A model generated the notes under the pieces. It made no database searches and had not been told where the DNA came from. It saw nothing but the letters and a program-made list of their open reading frames with translations. Of a stretch of DNA of 64,000 bases, positions 38,879-50,100 are shown piece after piece (the first letter of the stretch is position 1; each line of letters opens with the position of its first letter). A program made the translations under genes and the position numbers. The stretch is from positions 1 to 64,000 of IMG/VR virus record IMGVR_UViG_3300008459_000008. The stretch is one strand, 5' to 3'. Source of the stretch: a virus.

Positions 38879-40618
38879 ATGAGAATAGATAATCCCCTAA
38901 TAGAGAAAATCAATGATGTGCCATTTACTTTGACCTCAAGCATAATTTCAGTAGGTCAAGGATCAACAAATTTTAATACTGGAATTGAAATAAATGCTTT
39001 TGGAACAAATGCGGCTAGTGGAAATACCGCTTCATATATTAACGCATTTGGTAATAATGCTGCATGTGGAAACACAGGAGATTATGTTGATGGGATAGGA
39101 TATCAAAGTGCATATGGTAACAGTGGTAGTAATGTAAGTGCTTTGGGTTACCAATCGGCAAAAAATAATATCGGTGATAACGTAATTGCAATAGGTGTAG
39201 GATCCTCTACAAACAATACTGGTAATTGTGTTAACTCAATAGGTCTTTGCTCAACAGTTAATAACACTGGTGATGGAGTAGTTGGGATTGGATTTGAATC
39301 AGCGTGTGAAAATACCGGCACCGGTGTAGTAGGGGTGGGGGATCGTTCATCAGTTTGTAATACCGGAAATTTAGTAGTAGGTATTGGTAATTTAGCGTCA
39401 ATGTGTAATAGTGGATATTACGTTGTTGGTGTGGGATATAGAGCAGCATGTGGTAATAGTGCAAGTTATGTTAGTGCTGTGGGTTTTGACGCAGCTTGTA
39501 ATAACCTTGGTGATAATGTTGTAGCTGTTGGATATCTTGCAGCTGCAGATAATATAGGAAGTTGTGTTGTTGGTGTGGGTATTGGAGCTGCCTGTTCTAA
39601 CTATGGTTGTAATATAGTCAGTATAGGTTATCAAGCTGGCATAACTCAATCTGGTAATTGTAACAATTTTATTGGTATGGACGCTGGTAACATCAATACA
39701 GGATCTTATGTGAATGCAATTGGATATAGAACTGGTTTAGGTAATACCGGAAGTATTGTAAATGCAATTGGATTTTGTTCAGCGTGGGGAAATTTAGGTG
39801 ATTGTGTGAATGCGTTTGGTTTATGCTCAACATCACTAAATTCTGGTAATTATGTCGATGCAATTGGGGTGTGTGCGGCTTATCAAAATACAGGAAATTG
39901 TGTTATTTCAATTGGATTGAATTCTGGATTTTGTAATTTAGGAAATTGTACAACTTTTGTTGGTCCAAACTCGGGATATTGTAACCTATGTGACAATGTT
40001 ATAGGGATTGGTGATAGCTCAGCCTATGGAAATAGTGGTAGCACTGTGACCTCGATCGGACTACAGGCTGCTTGGTATAACGAGGGTGATGGTGTGGTCG
40101 CTATGGGTGATCAAGCTGCTTATTGCAATACAGGAAGTTATATAGTTGGTGTTGGTTCTCAAGCTGGGTTTTGTAATAGTGGTTCTTTAGTCGGAGTCGG
40201 TCAAGGTGCGGGTGCTTGTAACAAGGGAAATCTGGTAGTTGCTCTTGGTATAAATGCTGCTGCTAATAATAATGGTGCCAATGTCCACTCTATGGGATAT
40301 CAAGCTGGTCTTGGAAACACAGGTAGTCATGTTACATCTATAGGATACAGATCAGGTTATCTAAACACAGGATCACATTCCATTTTCTTTGGATATTGTG
40401 CTGGCGGCACGAATTCAGGTAATCATATCATAGCAATGGGAGCAAGTGCTGGTATCGGCAACACACAAAGTAATAGATTTATTATTTCAAATTGTAACTT
40501 ACCTTCCTTTGTTGATTATGACACAGCATCTGCTTCTATTTATAGTTCAATGCCATCAGGCAATACATACTTATTCTTCAACGAATCTACTTGTGTAGTA
40601 CAAGCTGTTAGAAAATAA
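38879..40618 (+). CDS. Cys-rich beta-helical repeat protein (tail fibre/adhesin-like)
   Basis: About 30 tandem 16-aa units of type NTGxxVx(A/G)(I/V)GxxAxx, resembling YadA-head repeats. Confidence 0.7.
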   Translation: MRIDNPLIEKINDVPFTLTSSIISVGQGSTNFNTGIEINAFGTNAASGNTASYINAFGNNAACGNTGDYVDGIGYQSAYGNSGSNVSALGYQSAKNNIGDNVIAIGVGSSTNNTGNCVNSIGLCSTVNNTGDGVVGIGFESACENTGTGVVGVGDRSSVCNTGNLVVGIGNLASMCNSGYYVVGVGYRAACGNSASYVSAVGFDAACNNLGDNVVAVGYLAAADNIGSCVVGVGIGAACSNYGCNIVSIGYQAGITQSGNCNNFIGMDAGNINTGSYVNAIGYRTGLGNTGSIVNAIGFCSAWGNLGDCVNAFGLCSTSLNSGNYVDAIGVCAAYQNTGNCVISIGLNSGFCNLGNCTTFVGPNSGYCNLCDNVIGIGDSSAYGNSGSTVTSIGLQAAWYNEGDGVVAMGDQAAYCNTGSYIVGVGSQAGFCNSGSLVGVGQGAGACNKGNLVVALGINAAANNNGANVHSMGYQAGLGNTGSHVTSIGYRSGYLNTGSHSIFFGYCAGGTNSGNHIIAMGASAGIGNTQSNRFIISNCNLPSFVDYDTASASIYSSMPSGNTYLFFNESTCVVQAVRK

Positions 40619-40627
40619 TAATTAAAT

Positions 40628-40837
40628 ATGAACCATTTACTAATTTTTGAAGATTTCCAAGAAGTTCTTATAGTGGAAAAAAATACTCCAACTAATTCCA
40701 AACTTTGGAATGCTTGTAAGGCTTGGGCTAAATCTAGATATGATGTTTGGCCTTCAGCTTATGCATGTGGGGCTGCTGCTAAAAGATATAAATCTAAGGG
40801 TGGTGGTTGGAAAAAGAAAAAATCCAAGAAGAAGTAA
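40628..40837 (+). CDS. Small basic phage protein (WPSAYA...YK.KGG.W)
   Basis: 69-aa Lys-rich ORF, N-terminus MNHLLIFEDF. Confidence 0.72.
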   Translation: MNHLLIFEDFQEVLIVEKNTPTNSKLWNACKAWAKSRYDVWPSAYACGAAAKRYKSKGGGWKKKKSKKK

Positions 40838-41139
40838 TGGATCATTTACTTTTATTTGAGGATTTTATCAACGAAGAGAAATCTTATAAAGGTTCTCACG
40901 GAGGACTAGACAAGTGGTTTAAAGAAAAGTGGGTTGATATTTCCAAAACAAATAAAGATGGTTCACACCCACCTTGTGGTAGATCCGATACTAATAAAGG
41001 TGGATATCCTAAATGTAGAAAAGTAAGAGTAGCTGCTAAAATGTCAAAGAAACAGAAAAAAGCATCAGTAGCTAGAAAAAGAAAAGCTGAGAGTGAAGGA
41101 TCAAAAGGTAGTAGTAGAAAACCAAACTATTCTAAATAA
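40837..41139 (+). CDS. Small basic phage protein (WFKEKWVD..CGR..YPKC)
   Basis: Start at the TAATG overlap (MDHLLLFEDFINE) rather than TTG 40807. Confidence 0.72.
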   Translation: MDHLLLFEDFINEEKSYKGSHGGLDKWFKEKWVDISKTNKDGSHPPCGRSDTNKGGYPKCRKVRVAAKMSKKQKKASVARKRKAESEGSKGSSRKPNYSK

Positions 41140-42254
41140 CCCTCGTCATATACTCTAGCAATCTCATTAAACTCTTGTAAAACACCATTTTTAATCTTCT
41201 CACTTTCATATTTCTGATTATTAATGTATTGTCTGATCAAATCAGTATATTCAAGTTGAATTGATGGCACAACACCATTATTTAATTCATCATCAGTGAT
41301 GTCATCTATGATAGATTTTACTTCTTCATCATTTTTTTCCAAAACTAAATCATCTATGTAGTCGACGGAAGCAAAGTTTCCAGATTCCAACATCAATTCA
41401 AGTTTCCTCCTTAATTTCCTATTGTTAATTAAAAGGGAATTAGAAATAAAAAGATCTATGTAGTCTTTTGTTGAAACATTTTCAAGTGTTTCAATATCTT
41501 CTTGTGTTCTGATGTATATTTTTTTATACCTTGGGGAAACATTATTTGGTATAAAATTTTCTTCATCTGTCAATGTATCGAGAATAAATATTCCCTTTTG
41601 ATTATTTGTATCATTTCTGTCCATTTCAAAATTATTACCCACAAAAGTAAAGTTTTTAGAAACTTGTAGGATATGTATATGTCCAGAATAAACATTTTTG
41701 TATCCTGAAAATTCCTCAACATCAATTTTATCATTGTTCTTATGTGCAACAGATGTTAAGTGCATCTTAGCACCATTCAAATCAGAGTGACAAAATAGAT
41801 AATCAGCACTTTTGAATTTTTTCAAGACATTAATCTGTTCTTGTTTTTTTTCTACCCACGGTAACATCAAAATTGATTTTCCACAGAAGTCAATCTTTGT
41901 GGGTTCTTCATAAACAGTAATATTTGGAATATATTTGTATAGTTTAACAGTATTTACATCATTAGATGCTTTAGTATATAAATCATGATTTCCTATTAAA
42001 ATATGTATAGGACAAATCTTTGACAATTTTTCAAGTAAATCTTGAGCGTAGTTTAAAATGTTAATAGGCACAACAGAACGATTATCAAATAAATCACCAC
42101 AATGAACGATGATATCATTTTCACTCAGTTCTTTTTGGACAAGAGGTAGTAGAAACTTCTCGAAATATTCTTGATGGACTTTAAACCATTTATCCACTGA
42201 ATTTGGATAACCTAAACCAAGATGTGTATCACCTATAATTAAAATTTTAGACAT
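41127..42254 (-). CDS. gp47: Recombination nuclease, Mre11/SbcD (T4 gp47-like)
   Basis: GDTHLG, GDLFDNR, IGNHD, FCHSD, SGHIH metallophosphoesterase motifs. Confidence 0.93.
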   Translation of the reverse strand: MSKILIIGDTHLGLGYPNSVDKWFKVHQEYFEKFLLPLVQKELSENDIIVHCGDLFDNRSVVPINILNYAQDLLEKLSKICPIHILIGNHDLYTKASNDVNTVKLYKYIPNITVYEEPTKIDFCGKSILMLPWVEKKQEQINVLKKFKSADYLFCHSDLNGAKMHLTSVAHKNNDKIDVEEFSGYKNVYSGHIHILQVSKNFTFVGNNFEMDRNDTNNQKGIFILDTLTDEENFIPNNVSPRYKKIYIRTQEDIETLENVSTKDYIDLFISNSLLINNRKLRRKLELMLESGNFASVDYIDDLVLEKNDEEVKSIIDDITDDELNNGVVPSIQLEYTDLIRQYINNQKYESEKIKNGVLQEFNEIARVYDEGYLE

Positions 42255-42355
42255 ATAACAATTATATGTTGATATGATTAATTGTTATAAAAAACTAATT
42301 TTTACATTTTGTTTTTTGTGAAAACGATATATAAAAAAAAAGAAAAAATTAAGTA

Positions 42356-45300
42356 ATGAAAAACATTTTATTATACCTTAGTTGTTTGTTAATTACATCC
42401 AACTTATTTTCTCAAGTAAAGATGGATGTTTGGAATAAAAATCCAAACACATCTCGTACTATAGCAAAAATAAATCCATCCAAATTACCAGTGTCATTCG
42501 AATCGACTTTACCAGATGGTTCAACAGAAATTTATGATAAATGGAACGTCTCTGACATTGAAGTAGAAACATCAACAAAGAAAAAATATACTTTCAAACC
42601 AAATGCTTATAAAGCAAGAAAAAATTTAAGTATTTTGACATATACTGAAAATGGTTGGGAAGGTATGTATCAATCACCTGATGGTTCATCTTATTCAATG
42701 AATCCCACCAGTGTTACTAAAGATGATACAAGACCACAAGGAACTCTAGGTGGTTGTGAAACGATGATTCCGGCAAATATTACGATAAACAAAATACCAG
42801 AGAGAACTCCACAAACATCAAATTTATTAACAAATACTCAATATTATGACCCTGCTATAACAATAAATAAAAATTTAACAGTGTATGCAGAGGTGACAAA
42901 TGACTTACACGTTTCACTAGGAAATAATTTAACAACAACACAAAACTGGGTCACTAATTTGTTTCTTGCAGTTTCCAATATTTACGCTCAGGAAGGTCTG
43001 ACAGTCACATTGAATAAAATTTATGTCTGGCAGTCTGTTGATCCGTATGGTTATCAAACCACAACAACTTCGTCATGTATCCTAGGGGGTGGGTCCCTTT
43101 ATGGATCAGCATTCTGTACCGGTTTTACTGATAATATTAAAAATAATCTACCAGTCAATCCAAATAACACCACGACTAATGTGACATCTCATTTCAAACA
43201 TCTATTACATGGTAGAGGTTCTTTAGGTGGTATAGCTTGGTTAGGAGGCAACTCTGATGGATACAATCCTGATACTTGGAATGTAGTCGGAACGAATTTA
43301 TCAACCGCAGTGTCAGGTTTCACGAGCACGACAATCCCTTCACAAGCTACCACAGGTTATAACTGGCCAGTATATGTCACCGCACATGAGATGGGACACA
43401 ATTGTGGTTCCTCACACACACAGTTTTGTAGGTGGAGAAATGATCAAGGTGCCTATTTAGGTAGATTAGATAGCTGTTATAAAGGAGAAAATTACAATTC
43501 TACGGGATATTGTACTCAAGAAACTGTAGAACCTTGTCCTGCCAACTGTACTCAAACCACATATCTAACCACTAAACCAAATAATAATGGTACAATAATG
43601 AGTTACTGTCATTTGAATGGTTCTGTAAACTTGTCATCAAGATTTGGTAAATATCCAAGATTTGCTATGAGAAGTTCTGTGGATAGGACCCCATACATAC
43701 TCAATCCAATCTCAACTTTACCAGAAGTCGCGTCCGCAAATGTCACTTCTATAACATCTTTTACAGCTACTTGTGGAGGGAATGTGACATTTGGTGGTGG
43801 TTCAGGTGTAACCGCAAGAGGAGTATGTTGGGCCCCTTACCCAACAGAGCCTACAACCGCCAACTCTAAAACCCTCGATGGTACAGGAACTGGATCATTC
43901 ACTAGTGTTATGACTAATTTGACACCAGCGGTGACTCTTTATGTAAGAGCGTATGCAACTAATTCTGCCGGAACTTCATACGGAGGATTAAGACTTTTCA
44001 CACCAGGTCCGCCAGTACCACCAGTTTTGACAACAGTGCCTATCAATACCGTAGGACAAACAACAGCAAAATCAGGTGGTACAATTTCAAGCGGTGGTGG
44101 GGGAACTATTACTAGAAAAGGTGTTGTTTGGAGTATATTCCCCATACCTGATAATACTACTATAAACTCGGAGATTGGTAATACGAATGATGGTACTGGA
44201 ACTGCGAACTTTACAAGTTCAATAACAGGCCTTACTCTTGGTGTAACTTATTACGTGAGAGCATATGCAGAAAATGAGTATGGTGTCGGTTGGGGTAGTG
44301 AATTAACATTCACAACTAGTACTGCTACTACACCATCATTAACAACCAATTCAGTTACTACATTCACAAATACAACAGCAACTATGGGTGGTAATGTAAC
44401 TGCGTCCGGTGGAGCCTCAGTTTCAAGACGAGGTGTTTGTTATGCGACTACTCAAAATCCCACAATCGCTAATACTGTAGTAAATATAGGTACTGGTACT
44501 GGCACTTTTTCACAAAGTGTGACTGGATTGAGTCAAGGTGTAACCTATTATGTGAGAGCCTTTGCAGAAAACCAAGCTGGTCTTAATTATGGCACTCAAG
44601 TTAGTTTCAAAACATTGACTATCCCATCTGTGTCAACCACCGCAGCTACTAATTTAGCAACAACATCATTTACTACAGGTGGTAATGTAACATCTGCCGG
44701 TGGTGGCAGTCTTACTGTTACTGCTAGAGGTGTTTGTTATTCTACCTCAACTAGTCCGTCTCTGACTAATGGTACTGTGTTATCAATTGGAACCGGAACT
44801 GGCACATTCACAACAAACATCACTGCATTGACACAAGGCGTCACATACTATGTGAGAGCTTATGCAACTAATACTTATGGTACTGCTTATGGAAGTCAAA
44901 TCACTGTCAAGACACTGACTGTACCAACAGTCACTACTACGGCTTCAACAGCTCTGTCTAAGACAGGTTTCACAACTGGTGGTAATGTAACTTCAGCAGG
45001 AGGTGGTACCTTATCAGTCACTGAAAGGGGTATTGTTTATTCAACAACGGTACAAGATCCAACTACATCCAATACAAAGGTTTTAGCAGCAACACCAACA
45101 GGTACGGGATCTTATACAATAAGTTTGACGGGTTTAACACCTGGTACAATTTATTATGTTAGAGCTTATGCAATAAATTCAGTAGGTACTGGTTACGGTT
45201 CTCGTATAACAGTGACCACTCCAAGTGAACCAGTATTATCAACAACTTCGATAACATCTATATCAACTACAACAGCATCATCTGGTGGAACAATTACATC

Positions 45301-47092
45301 AAGTTCGGGATCAACAGTTACTGCTAGGGGGGTTTGTTATTCCACATCTCCAAATCCTACGACCGCAAACACAACCACAAGTAATGGGACTGGAACAGGT
45401 ACATTTACAAGTAGTCTAACTGGACTATCTCCTTCTACTACATATTATGTAAAGGCATACGCAATTAACACCACTGGTACGGGTTATGGTAATGAATTAT
45501 CATTTACTACGACATCTTCTGGATCTTTTCCATCACTAACAACTACTGCAGCAAGTGGTATATCTCAAACTACTGCATCTTCTGGTGGAAATGTGACTGC
45601 TGATGGTGGTTCAACGGTCACCGCAAGAGGAATTTGTTACGCAACCACACAAAATCCAACCCTATCAAATACGGTAGTAAATAGTGGTTCGGGTACTGGT
45701 GTTTTTACAAGTTCATTATCTGGATTGACACCAAACACTACTTATTATATCAGAGCCTTTGCTACAAATTCAAATGGAACAAATTTCGGAACACAAGTTT
45801 CTTTTACGACTTTATCCTCAATTACATTTCCCATTTTAACAACAAATACAGTGACATCCATAACTTCAACATCAGCAACTTCTGGTGGTAATATTACAAG
45901 TGATGGTGGTGCTACTGTCACTGCAAGGGGGGTTTGTTATGCCACAACACAAAATCCAACGACCTCAAATACAGTGATTACAAGTGGTTCAGGTACTGGA
46001 ACATTTTCAGTGTCGATCACTGGTCTTACAAGTGGTGTAACCTATTATGTTAGATCTTATGCTACTAATTCAGCGGGCACAAATTATGGAACCCAACAAT
46101 CTTTTACAACTTTGGTCTTTCCTTCATTATCTACTACTTCCGCGACTAGTGTCACTTCTACAACTGCGACAACCGGAGGTAATGTAACTTCAGATGGTGG
46201 GGCTACAGTAACCGCTAGAGGTGTGTGTTATGCAACAACACAAACCCCAACCCTTTCAAATTCATTCACATCAAATGGTACCGGTGTGGGATCATTTACC
46301 AGTAGTTTAACTGGTCTAACTCAGAATACTACTTACTATGTAAGAGCTTATGCGACTAATTCAGTTGGTACAAATTATGGTAGTCAAATCAGTTTTACGA
46401 CTACTACTGGTGAGACTTTACCTACTGTAACGACTACCGCAGTGACTTCTGTGACTTCGAACAGTGCCTCTTCAGGTGGAAATGTTACAAGTTCTGGTTC
46501 ACAATCTGTAACATCTAGAGGAGTAGTCTGGTCGACCTCAATAGATCCTACAGTGTCATTGACTACAAAAACTGTCAATGGTAGTGGAACAGGTACTTTC
46601 ACTAGTTCAATAACATCACTATCAGCTTCTACTACTTATTATGTAAGAGCTTATGCTACGAGTTCTGTTGGTACTGGTTATGGTAATAATGTTCAATTCA
46701 CAACATCATCATCACCTACAGCATCTTGCACAGTGACTACTTTTGCACCATACCAATTAAATGGTTTTTGGAGATTTAAATGGAATTTGAATTCGAATTG
46801 TAACAGCTACACTGTCACTGTAAGTAGATATAATTATACGAGTTCTTCTGTCCAACCTCCAGTTGGAGCAACACCTGTTGCTACAGGTGCTAGATTGACC
46901 AACTATGTTCCCACGACCAATGAAATTTCTCAAGGATTTATTGACCAACAAATGAATCCCCAACCTGCTACCACTGGATATTGGTACAGTTTTGATGTAA
47001 AATGTAATGCAACTTCTTGTAGTGGTTCAAACACTACTAGATCACCTTACTTCTATGTAGGTACTACTCCAGCATCGACAATCGGTAAATAA
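42356..47092 (+). CDS. Secreted M12B/reprolysin-like zinc metalloprotease with 10 FN3-like repeats (paralog 1)
   Basis: Signal peptide LFS|QV; HEMGHNCGSSH (43385-43417); Met-turn TIMSY; 10 repeats of about 98 aa ending YYVRAYA.N..G..YG; Cys-rich C-terminal domain. Confidence 0.88.
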   Translation: MKNILLYLSCLLITSNLFSQVKMDVWNKNPNTSRTIAKINPSKLPVSFESTLPDGSTEIYDKWNVSDIEVETSTKKKYTFKPNAYKARKNLSILTYTENGWEGMYQSPDGSSYSMNPTSVTKDDTRPQGTLGGCETMIPANITINKIPERTPQTSNLLTNTQYYDPAITINKNLTVYAEVTNDLHVSLGNNLTTTQNWVTNLFLAVSNIYAQEGLTVTLNKIYVWQSVDPYGYQTTTTSSCILGGGSLYGSAFCTGFTDNIKNNLPVNPNNTTTNVTSHFKHLLHGRGSLGGIAWLGGNSDGYNPDTWNVVGTNLSTAVSGFTSTTIPSQATTGYNWPVYVTAHEMGHNCGSSHTQFCRWRNDQGAYLGRLDSCYKGENYNSTGYCTQETVEPCPANCTQTTYLTTKPNNNGTIMSYCHLNGSVNLSSRFGKYPRFAMRSSVDRTPYILNPISTLPEVASANVTSITSFTATCGGNVTFGGGSGVTARGVCWAPYPTEPTTANSKTLDGTGTGSFTSVMTNLTPAVTLYVRAYATNSAGTSYGGLRLFTPGPPVPPVLTTVPINTVGQTTAKSGGTISSGGGGTITRKGVVWSIFPIPDNTTINSEIGNTNDGTGTANFTSSITGLTLGVTYYVRAYAENEYGVGWGSELTFTTSTATTPSLTTNSVTTFTNTTATMGGNVTASGGASVSRRGVCYATTQNPTIANTVVNIGTGTGTFSQSVTGLSQGVTYYVRAFAENQAGLNYGTQVSFKTLTIPSVSTTAATNLATTSFTTGGNVTSAGGGSLTVTARGVCYSTSTSPSLTNGTVLSIGTGTGTFTTNITALTQGVTYYVRAYATNTYGTAYGSQITVKTLTVPTVTTTASTALSKTGFTTGGNVTSAGGGTLSVTERGIVYSTTVQDPTTSNTKVLAATPTGTGSYTISLTGLTPGTIYYVRAYAINSVGTGYGSRITVTTPSEPVLSTTSITSISTTTASSGGTITSSSGSTVTARGVCYSTSPNPTTANTTTSNGTGTGTFTSSLTGLSPSTTYYVKAYAINTTGTGYGNELSFTTTSSGSFPSLTTTAASGISQTTASSGGNVTADGGSTVTARGICYATTQNPTLSNTVVNSGSGTGVFTSSLSGLTPNTTYYIRAFATNSNGTNFGTQVSFTTLSSITFPILTTNTVTSITSTSATSGGNITSDGGATVTARGVCYATTQNPTTSNTVITSGSGTGTFSVSITGLTSGVTYYVRSYATNSAGTNYGTQQSFTTLVFPSLSTTSATSVTSTTATTGGNVTSDGGATVTARGVCYATTQTPTLSNSFTSNGTGVGSFTSSLTGLTQNTTYYVRAYATNSVGTNYGSQISFTTTTGETLPTVTTTAVTSVTSNSASSGGNVTSSGSQSVTSRGVVWSTSIDPTVSLTTKTVNGSGTGTFTSSITSLSASTTYYVRAYATSSVGTGYGNNVQFTTSSSPTASCTVTTFAPYQLNGFWRFKWNLNSNCNSYTVTVSRYNYTSSSVQPPVGATPVATGARLTNYVPTTNEISQGFIDQQMNPQPATTGYWYSFDVKCNATSCSGSNTTRSPYFYVGTTPASTIGK

Positions 47093-47148
47093 GGAATTAT
47101 CCTCAAATAAAATTTGAATATATACAAAAAAAACATATCAAATACAAA

Positions 47149-50100
47149 ATGAAAAAGTTTCTGTTCTTTCTAACAAGTTTGATTTTAACGTTGAATTCGT
47201 TTGGTCAAGTGAAATTGAACGTTTGGGACAAAAATCCAAATGTATCTAAAACAATCAATAATATAAAACCGAATAATTTACCAAAAACATTCGAGTCGTT
47301 GACACCGGATGGTGAAAAAACCATCTATGATAGATGGGAAGTTCCAGCTATAACAGTTGTGTCATCTAAAGGTAAGTCATACACAACAAAACCAGTGGCT
47401 TACAAATCAAGAAATGGATTTGGTGTCTTAACCTATTCCAAAAATGGGTGGCAGGGTTTACATTCTGGTAGGAGTGGTAAATTTTACTCAATGACACCTT
47501 CAAAGGTTAATGAGGACACATCGTCATTGAGATCAGTCGAAGAATATTGTGGAGGTGCAGGTTTACAACCAAGTAGCCAAAATATTGATCAAAAAAAAGA
47601 CACAAAAAAGACTCCGTCGGTCGGTAGATTAACTAATAGTGATTTTTATAATCCATTAGTACCAATCAATAAAACTTGTAGTGTTTATGCAGAAATTGCT
47701 TTTGATCTACATACTGCGTTGGGTGGAAATCTAGCTACAACTGAAGATTGGGTTACGAGACTTTTTCTAGGTATATCACAAATCTATTTGAATGAGGGTA
47801 TAACAATATACTTGAATAAAGTTTATGTTTGGGAAGCGTTAGACCCATATGGATATACCACACAAACAGGTACACAGGATGTAGTTAGAAGTAATGTACT
47901 CAATCTATTCGGTGGAAAAATTTTAAATAATCTTCCAACCAATCCAAATTCAAACTTTAAACATTTACTTACTAATGCTACTTATGGGGGAGTTGCTTAC
48001 TACGGACCATTCACACCATCAGATGGATACACTCCCGCAAGCGATTTATTCGGTCCGACCAGTAGAGTAGGTCTATCTAGTATGAGTAACAAACTAGAGA
48101 TAGCATCAACACCAACAGATTTAAGTGTTTACAACGATAGAAGATGGTGTTTACTTGTAGTTGCTCATGAGTTAGGTCATAATTTTGGTTCAAGACACAC
48201 ACAGTGGTGTGGTTGGAAAAGTGATGTTGGTACACTAATTGGTAGACTAGACTCTTGTACAAATGGTGAAACTTCAAATCCACTAGGACCTAATTGTGGA
48301 GCAACTAGCTACCCATCATATAAACCGACCATAATGAGTTATTGTCAGTTCCATCAGAATGCTCCTGCTTTTTCACAATTTTTATCCAATGGTTTTGGAA
48401 AGTATCCTAGATTTAGTATAAGGACTGGATTAGCCAATTCATCAGACATACCTTATACAAATGCTTCGATACCAACACTTACCACAACCCCAATAGTTAC
48501 CTATACCGCTACAACTGCTACATCGGGTGGTAACATCACAAGTGATGGTGGTGCTAATGTAACCTCGAGAGGGGTGTGTTGGTCAACATCACCAAACCCG
48601 ACAATATCGGGATCAAGAACTCTTGATGGTTCCTTTTCAGGGAGTTTTACTAGTAACATCACAGGTCTTTTAGGTGGAATAACTTATTACGTCAGAGCTT
48701 ATGCAACCAATCAAGCCGGAACTGCTTATGGTAATGAAGTTAGTTTCACTACATCAGTACCCCTTGTACCAACACTATCGTCAACAACCGCCGCAACATC
48801 TATCACCAATAACAGCGCAACATCAGGTGGTAATGTGAGTGCAAATGGTGGTGGTTCAATTACCGCTAGGGGTGTTTGTTGGTCAACTTCAACAACCCCA
48901 ACAATATCAAATTCGAGAACTAATGATGCTGTAGGTACAGGTACAGGCTCTTTCACAAGTAGTTTGACGGGTCTATCAGCTGGTACAACATACTATGTAA
49001 GATCTTACGCAACAAACAGTGCAGGAACGGGTTATGGACCACAGATAACATTCTCAACATTTTCCGCATCTTCAATACTTATAAACACTACTGCTCTTAC
49101 GGGATTAGCTCCCAAAAACGTGACGACGGGTGGAACAATTACTTCAGACGGAGGTTCTGCAGTGACAGCAAGAGGGGTGTGTTGGTCAACAACAAGCCCA
49201 CCAACTATATCGAATAGTAAGGTCAATACTGGAACAGGTACAGGAACGTATACAAGTACGGTTAGTGGATTATCTCCATCTACGACATATTATTTGAGGT
49301 CATTTGCTACAAACTCTAGTGGTACAACATATGGTAATGAACTCTCCTTTACAACCACATCTGTTCCAACATTCATTAATGGTACTCCTAGTTATGTCTC
49401 ACAAACATCTATAAAAACCAATTACACTATAAGTTTTCCAAATCAATCGTTTTCCAGCCATGCTTTGGGTGCTTCAACGACAAACCCACCGGATTCCTAT
49501 AATCTGAATTCATCATCTTATACTTTTAATTCTGTATCAGGAACATACCAATCACTTCTCGGTAGAAAATCGACTTCACAAGGTCTTCAACCTTCAACGA
49601 CATATTTTATTAGACCTATAGCAACAGACATATATGATAATTTCTATTACGGACCAATAACACAAGCTACTACGCTTGCTCCTTCTCTACCTGTCTGTAC
49701 TACGTATGTTGCAACTGAAGTTAGTACCCCGACTACAAATGCATCGACCGCTAAATTGAGTGGTAAAGTTACATCAATAGGTGGGGCTATCACAGAAAGA
49801 GGTTTTTGTTATTCTACAACACAAAATCCAACCACATCAAATAGTAAAGTTACTACAACAACTTGTTCATCGGATGATGATTGTTTATTATCATTTACAA
49901 ACACAGTGGCTAATTTTACTCCTGGTACTACCTACTATGTAAGATCCTACGCGATAAATCCAAGTGGTGTTGGTTATGGGAATCAAGTATCATTCACAAC
50001 ACCGATTTATGTCTATCAAGGACCACCAATAGTCGTTATTGACTCAATCAGAAACATCTCAACTGTTGGTGCTAAACTTTATGGTCGAGTGACAAACAGA

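Noticed and set aside
38879-40618. Ice-nucleation protein (16-aa period, GYxS)
   Set aside because: Lacks the TxT ice-binding ladder of AGYGSTxTA repeats; fits adhesin/fibre repeats better.
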